Below are positions 53,326-64,000 of a stretch of DNA of 64,000 bases, in pieces. The DNA is from Octopus bimaculoides. Its lineage: Eukaryota. The stretch is taken from the NCBI RefSeq assembly GCF_001194135.2, contig NC_068983.1, positions 42,628,150 through 42,692,149 of the forward strand. Direction: 5' to 3'. A model generated the notes under the pieces. That model was not told where the DNA came from and did no database searches. It was given only the letters and a program-made list of their open reading frames with translations. How positions within the stretch are numbered: the first letter of the stretch is position 1; the number at the start of each line of letters is the position of its first letter. The position numbers were made by a program, and so were the translations under genes.

Positions 53326-56300
53326 ATTTCAGTGATTTTTTTTTTTTTTTCCTATAACAAAATATTTTTACTTCATCATCATTTAACGTCCACTTTCCAT
53401 AGTGGCATGAGTCGGACAATTTGACTGAAAACTGGTAAGCCGGAGGACTGCACCAGGTTCTAATCTGATTTGGCAAGGTTTCCAACAGCTGGATGCCCTT
53501 CTTAACGCCATAATATATTTGTTTTTCAGCAAATATGAAAATATTTTTGGAACAATTACTTTGCCAGATTTTAATACAGTTAACCACAAAATTGTTGTGC
53601 AGTTACAAAAACCTGTTTATCAATCAAGCAGACTGAGGCAAGAAAGATTACATGCTACAGTTAGAGTGACAAGTGAACACCATCATTATCATTGCTTTAA
53701 CGCACATCATTTTTCCCCCCCATCCTTGCATGTGTCAGATGGAATTCAAAGAAGCAGATTTTTCTACAGCCAGATGCCTTATCTTTTTCCAAACAAGATG
53801 GTATTTTCCCCAGAGCCAGGCATGTTTTCACGTAAGATTGGAAATAACTGACAGTGCTTGTGTAATAGTGGCACACAGTGTGAATGTGAACACTGTCTGT
53901 GCTTAGTGATTTCCAATGGGTTGGTTTCTGATGGTGAGATTGACAAGGGAACATCTAACTTATTGCAGAACAAATATCCCAAGGCTCTTCATAAAACAAA
54001 CTTTTGGGTTCCTAGCCAATGTTAGTTCAGTGGTCAGTCCCTCTTTCTCTCACATACCCAACCCTTCTCTCTCATTACTCCCACTGCCACCATCAATACT
54101 ACTACTTTTAATAAAAACATCAACTCTCCCTAGATTTCTTTGTCACTCTCTCCCTCTTTTTCATTCTTTCTCTCTCTCTCTTCGCCACTGCCCTAACCAT
54201 CTCTATGCCTACTATTACTCTCACCCCAACATGAGCAATAGTAGGAGTATCAATGACTAGTGAGAGACGGGGGTCGAAGTGTGACACACTGACACAGAAA
54301 TTAGTTTTCGCATTTATTATATTAGATAAGTTACCAAAGTATTGCGAAACTTTTGGCTAAGCACAATATAAATCAAAATAAATCTATGTCACAACAGAAC
54401 ACTCAGAGCTGAACCTTGGTTCTTAAAACTTTGTGGTCTCTTTGAAAGCATTTGTTTCCTCCTTTTTCAATACATAACTGTTAAGATTCATTCTGAACTA
54501 TTCCCTACAGCATTTAGATGGAATTTTTCAATGAAAGAATTACGTTAAATCAACCAAAATTTAAAGAAAGATCTTGGTTTGTGATTAGTTTGTAAAATGT
54601 AGAAAGGTGAGCTGCACAAGCAACAGAATGCTATTTTCGGATTTCCTATCAAGTTATACTTAATTAAATTCAAAAATCGACTGCAATTATTTCATGCATA
54701 ATTCTCAACAGACTCTCAGGCAACTTTAAAAGGTTTCCACTCTCCATTTTGTACATGACAATTTTAATAAGGAAAAAAAAATGACTTTATTCATACACAC
54801 ACTCATATAGGCATATTATGCACAGTTCTTGTTGCCATAGTATTCTAGTGAGAGCCACCAGTTCGTTCTCAGCTAGTTTAGTTAGGTAGGTGCTTCAAAG
54901 AGATTTAGCTTTCAATAGCTCATTTCATCACAATATATAATGGTATCATGAAATGGAAACATTCAATACAGGAAGCATCTGCAGTCATTTAACCAGTAAA
55001 TAGATTGTAGCCAAACTCTCCAGCAAATGAGACATTACCTTCTTAAAGGGAAAAAAAGACACTTTCACTTATGTAGTTCTAGATACACTATGTCTAAAAA
55101 CACGAAAAAAACAAAAAGGCACAGAAAGATGACATGGTTACAGCTGGAGTGTCTTCAATCATAATTCCTCTGAATGAAGGTTAACATGGATGAAACAATG
55201 ACAACAACAACAACAACATTACAAACACTGAAATATCAAATCACACATCTTACAAAAGGAAAGAAACAAGAGAGTGAAAATGATGGATGATTTATTTGCT
55301 TCCAGCATTTGGAAGGAGAAATCTCACAGTGAAAACTAGAGACAGATTCATGTTGTATCTATAAAGAGGATATATTTCTCAACTAGAGAAGGCACATGGC
55401 TTAGTGGTTATGATAGTCACTTCACACTCAATAAGGTCAGGAGTTCAATTCCTGGTGCTGCGTTGCAAGACACGTTATTTCAGGTTGCTGTAGTTCCCGC
55501 AACTGGTAAAAATGAGAGTTGTACCTGTATTTCAAAAGGCCAGCCTTGTCATACTCCATGTCATGCTGAATCCCCTTGAGAACTATGTTAAGGGTACATA
55601 TAGGAGTGCTGTGTTGTAACTGAGAGGGTGCCCTTCCTAATGCCAACCTACATGAAGGGTATATTTCTCAACTATAAATTCAGTTTCCATTTACAAAATT
55701 CACTCACAAGACTTTGGTTGGCCCAAGGTTAAAGTAGAAGACACTTGCCCAATGTGCAATGAAGTGGGTGCTGAACCCAGAACCATGCAGTTGGGAAACA
55801 AACTTCTTACCACACAGCCACACCTGTGCCTCATTGTTTGAATTCTCATTGTTCTGAGTGCACCCCATGAATTACAATCTGTTTGGCAGACATCAGCAAA
55901 TAATTTGTTAGCCAATTCTTATAGAGAAGAGCTCACACTTTGTGTGATTCATTAATCCGACTGTAGGGTAAATTTAAATGAGACACTCAGCACAGTCGAA
56001 ACACCATATAGTCTCAAAAGCTCTTACAATGAGTTATTGTACATGTTATGAACACACATCATCTAAAGGGTGTTCTCCGATGATGAAAAACAACAGTAAT
56101 CAGATATTCACATTGAAATCTGCCAGAGTATATTAAGAATGAAAAGATATGTTATTCTTTTGTAAAGTCTTATATTGGAAGAAAATCAATAATGAGTGAT
56201 AATTGATGCTGTAATTATCGCTTGATTAGTACAAAAAGCAGGGGTGGGGAAGTCAGAAGGAACTTACATGCAACACATGGGAATAAAAAGAAAACAAAAG

Positions 56301-59300
56301 AAAGGAAGAAAGAAAGAATAAGAGCCAAATCAGTGAACAAAAAAAGGAAAAAAAAAAATATCAAATGGCAGAAATCTAATGGTATGAGCAAAAGAAGTTA
56401 AAAGATCTGACGAATCTTCATAAGAATGAATTACTGGATTCTGTCACGCAAGACTGAGAAATGGGTTGTATTGAAAGAAATAACATAGAAACCAGTTAAA
56501 TATAACAACACTGCTGCTGATGTTGTGTGGTTGTAGATGGCATGCAACACACACAAACACACTGACTCAATTTGGGGCATAGTAAAAATAGTTGTGATGC
56601 AATTAGATGCAACTAATGCAGTGATGCAAATATTGACTGATAATTTGGTTCCAATGATGTGAACAACCATCCTTGTTACAAAGAACTAAGCAAGAAGGGA
56701 GACGACAAGTAGGGTCCTTTCTCTTTTTTTTTGCTTTTTTTTTTTTNNNNNNNNNNNNTTTTTTTTTTGCTGCTTTTTTTTTTTTATTCTTGCTTCAGGC
56801 TATTCCAATCTATGTTAGTATGTCTATCAAATGGAATGAAATCGATACTGAAGCAAGTGGTTCAAAAATAAATACATCATGATAACAATGTAAACTGAAT
56901 GTCTTCAGAATATCTGTGCCCTACTTATTGGTTACTACTGTAAAGTAGCATTAAGCTCTTGAAAATTTGAAAGCAATAACCAGCACCATTAACCACTGCA
57001 TGGCAGAATTGCAATATGGTCTTCAACTAGGTCAGAGCAGGACAGAGTTGGAACAAGTGTTCTTCTGATCAAACTAAGCCATTCAACCAATTATCGATTT
57101 GTCTTAGACAAGGGGCAAGTATGGCTGTGTAGATAAGAACTTCATTTCCCAGTCATGTGACTACAGGTTCAGTCCCTTTAGCACTGCAAGTGAATTTGGT
57201 CAACAGCAGCAAAAAGGCCAACATGTGTATCAGTGTGCGCCTGTGATTATATATCTTTCCTCACACTCCATTGGTTATGACCAGGGCTGTGGAGTCAAAA
57301 CACAAGACTTCAACTCCAATTCTTCTACTATTGGTACCTCTGACTCCGACTCCTCTTTATGTAATTAAGTGATTGTGGTCTACATATCTCATAGGGCATA
57401 TGCATACGCTTGTACTTTGAGAAGGCCTATATGTTATATCTGGTTTATATTAAAGAAGATATTGCGAGTCGGAATCGGTATAGTTTTATAGACTCCGACT
57501 CCAGCTACCTTTCAACTGTTTCCAACTGATGAGTGAACTGGAGCAATATGAAATAAAGCAATATGAAATATTGCAAACAATGCTTTAATGATGTATTCCT
57601 CTAATCTATGCTTTCAAGGGAAAAACAGATGTTAGAGACAAATGAACATGTTCAACCCATTATTTAAATTGGACTAAATATTCAACTCTTTTATATTCAA
57701 ACTGGCCAACTCTGACTTCTCACAACAATTCTACAATGCTATTCACTCGAACAATTACATCATTAAAATCTCAAAATTAGAAGATAATGCATAATTAATT
57801 CAAAACAATGTAAATAAACAGACATTACATTTGATAGATAGAACGAAAAAAAAACGGTTTAATCAAAGCCAAGTAAAAGCTACACAGCAGTAACTGTTAA
57901 ATTATTGACGAGTCTACATTACTTTCATTTTCTCATGTAACATTACTCAAAACTTATGCTTGATATCCTTGAGAAAAGTTTCAATATCAAACACCTTGGT
58001 TATCTTTAGCAGAGATCCTTTTTGTAAAGTTCACCCCATTAATGGAAATGATAGAAACTCAAGTATCTAACTTAAAATATGTAAAAAGCACCATCTGAAC
58101 GTGGTCGATGCCTGGTCCGCCTGACTGGCCCCCATGCCGGTGGCACGTAAAAAGCACCATCCAAATGTGGCCAATGCCAGTGCCCCCTGACTGGCTCCAA
58201 TGTCAGTGGCACGTAAAAAGCACTATCTAAATGTGATTGATGCCAGGCCCGCATGGCTGACTCCTGTGCCAGTGGCATGTAGAGAGCACCCACTACACTC
58301 TCGGAGAGGTTGGTGCTAAGAAGGGCATCCAGCTGTAGAAACACTGCCGGATCAGATTGGATCTTGGTGCAGCTACTGGCTCTCCAGACCTTAGTCAAAC
58401 CGTCCAACTCATGCCAGCATAGAAAATGGACATTACACGATGATGATGATGATGGACCAGTTCCACATCATGGTCTCAATTTTATCAACAAACTGATATT
58501 GTGGATCAAATACTCAAACCACAAAACCATATGTCTTCTCGTATATAAAGTGTGTGTGTGTGTGTATGTATATTACATTTTTTTTATTTCAGTCATTTGA
58601 TTGTGGTCATGCTGGAGCACTGCTTTTAGCTGAACAAACCGACCCCGGGACTTATTCTTTGTAAGCCTGATACTTATTCTATCAGTCTCTTTCACCAAAC
58701 CACTAAGTTATGGGGACATGAAAACACTAACATTGGTTGTCAAGCGATGGTGGGAAGACAGTAAGGATCTTGCCCTTTCAAGAAAGTAAGGGGTTTGTAG
58801 AGCAACCTTCTCTCCTCATAACAGTATGCCAAAAAACAACATGGGACTCAGAGACAACTTCAGAGAAAAGTTAAATTCAGTATCGGTACTCCTTCAGGAG
58901 CTGCAAAAGAGACAATTCTACCACCTCCCTGTTTATCTGGAGACTTTAAGACCAGAGAAATGACTTTCCCAACATAATTTTGACCATATCCAAAAAGGAC
59001 TCTCTTAAAGCATATAACTGATTCGATGAGAAACTGCACATAGAGGTGCAGGCATGACTGCATGGTAAGAAGTTTGCTTCTCAACCACATGGCTCCTGGT
59101 TTAGTCCCACAGTGTGACACCTTGAGCAAGTCCCTTCCACTATAGCCTTGGGTTGACCAAAGCCTTTGGGGTGGACTTGGTAGACAGAAATTGAAAGAAG
59201 CCTTATATATATAAGGGTAGGCAAGGTCGGCACTGCCTACCTTGAATAAAATGGATCAATAGCAACATTTCCATGGAGAGCCAGTCAGGGGACACTGGCA

Positions 59301-61718
59301 ATGACCCATGCATGAAAGGTGCTTATTGCGTGCCACCAGCACAAATAATAATAATTAAGTACATGTGCAGTTTCCAGACATCAACCTCTTAAATAGTCCC
59401 ATCAACCCCCAGGGACTGATATCAACTACTTTGGAGACCCCTGTCCTAGAAGTTAATTTTCAGCAATTAATTGATAGCAATGATTTGTAACTTTTATGAA
59501 AACTTCATTAAAATTCTAGTGAAAGTGAGAGAGAGTGATTACTCTTATCTCTTGCATTAGTGTTATATCCATCAAGTAATATTGAGCAACCAACACAACA
59601 CCTGTGGAGGTGCATGGTTTAGTGGTTGGAGTGTGGGACTCAGGATTGCAAGATTTTGGTTTTGATTCCTTAACTGTGCATATATATTCACTATTTCTAC
59701 TGTACCCTTCAACAGTTAATCTCTAAGACATTTCATCCCCTTTTCAGCACTTGCATAGCTTTATCCATAGCCATGGAGGGAGAGGCGATAGAGTACTTTA
59801 AAAATATGGATATGACCCCTGTCCCTCAAGGTTTCTATGCACTTGCTATTACAAAAGCTGCCTATTCCTGCTCTACTCACCCAGGCTTGAGTTACAAGTA
59901 GTTACTTTTCGTAATGCTCATACCTATCAGTAAAACAAACTGTCTACAGTGTTATTCCTCAGCTCCATGGGTAAGAAACAGAATAAGGCTGGGTGGTAGA
60001 GGAAACCCTGCAAAATGACATTTATCACAAAACTAATTATGACTAAGCTATGATTGGTGAGACCACTTTATGTGTCACCTGTCGAACAAGTTGTTGTCTG
60101 CATTTACATTTGCTTAGTTTTATCAAGATTATCTCTGGTACTACAAGTATTGTTGTTAATTTTATATGTGGTGTGTGTGTGTATGTGTGTGAATGCGGAA
60201 CTATTTCAAATGAAAAGGCAGTGCTCAGTTCATGTTGCAAAACCATATGGTTGATTGAAGCTGAATAATTTTAACTACATACATACGTATACATGTAATA
60301 TAATCTTATATATATATACGTGTGAATGTGAACATACATTATATGTGCCTGATTGTACTATAAATATATATCATACCAGCATGGAAAACAGACGTTAAAT
60401 AATGATGGTAGCTTTTATTTTTGATTTGCTTCGGTTTTGGACTGTGGCCATGCTGGGGCGCTACATCGAAAAATTTTAGTTGAATGAATCAACCCCAGTG
60501 CATGATTTTTTTTTAAAGCATGCTACTTATTCTACCAGTCACTTTTGCCAAACTGCTAAGTTACAGGGACGTAAGTGCACCAACACTAGTTGTCAAGCAG
60601 TGGTGGAGGAGAAACAAAGACAAACACACACAATGGGCTTCATTTAGTTTCCCTCTACCAAATCCACAAGGCTATAGTAGGAGATGCTTGCCCAAGGTGT
60701 CACGCCGTCCTCTACCAAATCCACTCCCAAGGCCTTGGACAGCCTGTGGCTATAGTAGAAAATGCTTACCCAAGGTGGCATGCAGTGGGACTCAATCTGG
60801 AACAAGGTGGTTGGGAAGCAAAACAGAGAGCAAGCAAGTGAGAAAGACTTATGTGTTGCTGACTTGCAATTTACTACTGACAAATGTCGATACTGAACAG
60901 AGCAATTTCAAATATTTAGTTAGATACATTATTTTTCTGTTCATTATGAATTTACAAGAGAGAAAAAAAAAAAAAGCAATGTGGTTTAAAAACCTATTTA
61001 TTTTACTAGAATCTAAAAGTCTTATTGCTTGATATCCTTAATCTCTTTTCGCACATAGTTCTTCTTTGTTGGTAACCAGCCTATCAATAGGTCAGCCTAC
61101 CAACATAACTAGTTTATAATAACCTATTGAAGAGCTGTAGCCAAAGGCAGAAGGTGTTCTACTTTCTCACACCAGGAATAATTTTATCATAAACTGTCCC
61201 CTACCATCTGGCAACCTTGATATTTGATTAAAATGGTTTATTAAAGTAAATGTTCAGTTTACATAACAGATTAAGCAGATGCTTAGAATAAGGTAAATGT
61301 TTATTATTCATCTTTGATGTTGGTTTTGTCGACTTTTAAAGTAAAAAATCAAAACAGCAATGTGACTGTAGAGGTGGTGGTGGTGGTGGTGGTGACAACT
61401 TCAGATCAGAATCTCGACAGAGCAAAACCTACAAAGATGTTGCATACCCCATCGTCATCATCCCATCTTCTTCAATCATTTCAATGTCCACTTTTCCATA
61501 TTTGCATGGATCAGATGGAATTTGTTGAGGCAAATTTTCCATGGCCTTCCTGTCACTAACCCTCACCTACCTCCAAGCAAAGGAATATTTCCCCAAGTGC
61601 ACACAGGATTTTCATGGAAAACTGGAAACAAATGAAATTGCTCATATGTCCCCGTTTATTTTACAATCACATGATATCAGGATAAAGTCACAAACAAACA
61701 CACGTGTGTGTATATATA

Positions 61719-62108
61719 GGTGCAGGAGTGCTTGTGTGGTAAGTAGCTTGCTAACCAACCACATGGTTCCGGGTTCAGTCTCGCTGCATGGCACCTTGGG
61801 CTAGTGTCTTCTACTATAGCCTTGGGCCAACCAAAGCCCTGTGAGTGGATTTGGTAGACGGAAACTAAAAGAAGCCCATCATATATATATGTATGTATAT
61901 ATTTTTGTGTCTGTGTTTGTCTTCCCATCATTGCTTGACAACCAATGTTAATGTGTTTACGTCCCTGTAACTTAGCGGTTCAGCAAAAGAGACTGATAGA
62001 GTAAGTATTAGGCTTACAAAAGAATAAGTCCTGAGGTCGATTTGTTTGACTAAAGACAATGCTCCAGCATGGCCACAGTCAAATGACTGAAACAAATGAA
62101 AGAATAAA
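61719..62108 (+). mobile_element. Near full-length tRNA-derived SINE, family B (more than 20 copies or fragments, e.g. 744-, 5870-, 8540-, 10050+, 14545+, 21255+, 26100+, 30915+, 38320-, 40060-, 60420-)
   Basis: A-box-like tgcttgtgtggtaag, B-box-like ggttcagtc, conserved ccttgggc/agtgtcttctactatagcc block, internal (TA/TG)n linker, tail gctccagcatggccacagtcaaatgactgaaaca. Confidence 0.85.
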
Positions 62109-62365
62109 GGAATATATAGGTGCATGTTCATAGAAAGTTTTGTTGAGGACAGGACACGTCTCTAATGCTGGTGCCATAAAAAAAAAAACACAAAACACCC
62201 AGTGTTATCTGTGAAGTTGTTGGTGAGAAGATAGGTAAACGGTTGCAGAAATCAAGCATGAAACCAAAAATGAAATGTAAATGAAATGTAAATGAGATGT
62301 GGTCCCCTAACCCATCTAGGGCTAATTCTAGTCATGAAGACTTAGTCAGCCTACATGTTGTTGTT

Positions 62366-62723
62366 GGCATTCCGTCGCTTACGACGTCGAGAGTTCCAGC
62401 CTGCTTGTGAAATTAATGTGCAAGTGGCTGAGCACTCCACAGACACGTGTACCCTTAACGTAGTTCTCGGGGATATTCAGCTTGACACAGTGTGACAAGG
62501 CTGGCTCCTTTGAAATACAGGTACAACAGAAACAGGAAGAAAGAGTGAGAGAAAATTGTGGTGGAAGAGTACAGCAGGGTTCGCCACCATCCCCTGCTGG
62601 AGCCTTGTGGAGCTTTAGGTGTTTTCGCTCAATAAACACTCACAACACCCAGTTTGGGAATTGAAACCACGATCCTATGACCGCGAGTCCGCTACCCTAA
62701 CCACTGGGCCATTGCGTCTCCAC
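62366..62723 (-). mobile_element. tRNA-derived SINE, family D
   Basis: Head gtggagacgcaatggcccagtggttagggtagcggactcgcggtc with B-box-like ggtttcaattccc; homologous copies at 5491-5858 (-) and 23148-23458 (+). Confidence 0.85.
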
Positions 62724-64000
62724 AACCNNNNNNNNNNNNNNNNNNNNNNNNNNNNNNNNNNNNNNNNNNNNNNNNNNNNNNNNNNNNNNNNNNNNNNNNN
62801 NNNNNNNNNNNNNNNNNNNNNNNNNNNNNNNNNNNNNNNNNNNNNNNNNNNNNNNNNNNNNNNNNNNNNNNNNNNNNNNNNNNNNNNNNNNNNNNNNNNN
62901 NNNNNNNNNNNNNNNNNNNNNNNTTGTTTACATTCTCACAATTAAGCAGTTCAGCAAAAGAACCCAATAGAATAAGTACCAGACTTAAGTGAGCGATATT
63001 GATTTTATCAACTAAGCCCATCAGAGTGGTGCCCCAGGAGGGCCATGGTCCAATGATTGAAACAAGCAGAAGGTAGAAAATAAATTATCCCCCCTTTCAT
63101 CTGAAAGTTGCTAACATTTACCCTGAGATTTATATTTCCTTTCTCTGATTAAATGGCAGAGTTCAGCTAAGAGGTCTGTCTAACAAGCTACTTGGCAAAC
63201 CTGGAGAGGCTGGTGGCACATAAAAAGAACCCATTAGTTTCTGTAAAGTGATAGGCATTAGGAAAGGCATCCAGCTGAAGAAACCATGCCAAAACAGACA
63301 ATTGGAGCCTAAAAACAGCTCTCCAGTTTGCCAACTCCTGTCAAACGGCCCAACCCATGCCAACAAGGAAAACGGATGATGTTTGGCATGTGTCAATCAG
63401 CACACCACCACCTACTTGAATTGTCTAAACCTTACACCACCGTTGACTTATTTCAGCAATTTGTCTGGGCTGGTTTTCTTTATTCTAACAAAGTAAATCT
63501 AGTTCATTTCTTGTTCAAATCATTAAATATAAAATAACTAACCTTGTTATGTGTACAGGTAGGTGAATCTAGCTTTTAACAATATAAATATTTGCTCAGA
63601 CTACTAAAGCGATAAATAGAACGTTTTTTTTTTTCTTTCTTTCTTTCTTTCTTTTTCCTGCTTGCAAACAGGAGAGAACCATTGGATACAAACTGTATTG
63701 TGTCTTTAACTTTTCTTCACCTTTAACTTCCTCAGCAGACAATAGGTAAATATAAAATCCTAATTGGAAATGGCTAGAAAGGTGAATGTAAGAAGGAAAA
63801 AAATTCCACATGCTAGACAGTGACATGAAGGCTGTTGACAAAAGAATAGATTCTTTTATAGCCACACACATTGCTATTATGTTAAACTGTCGTATGTCCA
63901 AATTTGGCCACATGCTTTTTTCCAATATTTAATTTTACTTGCGATAGCAGGTTCTTTTGGTCAATCTATCGTATCTCCAGCTGTTTCAGATGAAAACTGT

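Noticed and set aside
56431-56670. Minus-strand 79-aa hydrophobic ORF as a possible first exon
   Set aside because: Nearby donors are phase 2, not the required phase 0, and it lacks the basic residue expected before VHF.
61719-61800. tRNA-like heads of the SINEs as tRNA genes
   Set aside because: A/B-box remnants only, no cloverleaf, and each continues into a SINE body.
63640-63751. Plus-strand 74-nt exon-like unit (cag|GAGAGA...ATAG|gtaaat)
   Set aside because: The pyrimidine tract is a (CTTT)n microsatellite, the peptide is unrecognisable, and no partner exons are in phase.

Overview
AT-rich, repeat-dense animal genomic DNA with N gaps, mostly beside (TA)n or other microsatellites. The repeat complement (tRNA-headed SINEs, RTE LINE tails ending in (GAT)n, piggyBac/hAT/Tigger-type MITEs) looks like an octopus genome; this is inferred from recognition, not a search. 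The window is almost entirely intronic. Two short minus-strand coding exons with canonical splice sites (44880-44833, VHFDLPELNTLHKLHK; 22500-22416, EIKYNLTPQRPRIRSRSVSQSSTDSYSS) join in phase 0 and encode the N-terminal IRBIT domain of an AHCYL1/2-type protein. I found neither the first exon nor any catalytic-domain exon, so the flanking introns are at least about 19 and 22 kb unless exons lie in gaps. Nearly all ORFs in the supplied track are microsatellite or repeat artefacts. Most interesting signals: a textbook recursive-splice (AG|GTAAGT) site, a hairpin-caged in-frame micro-exon candidate, a stop-terminated symmetric exon candidate, a minimal hammerhead-ribozyme core in the host-gene sense, an 18-bp minisatellite of AAAGGTCA sites, and several long foldback elements.
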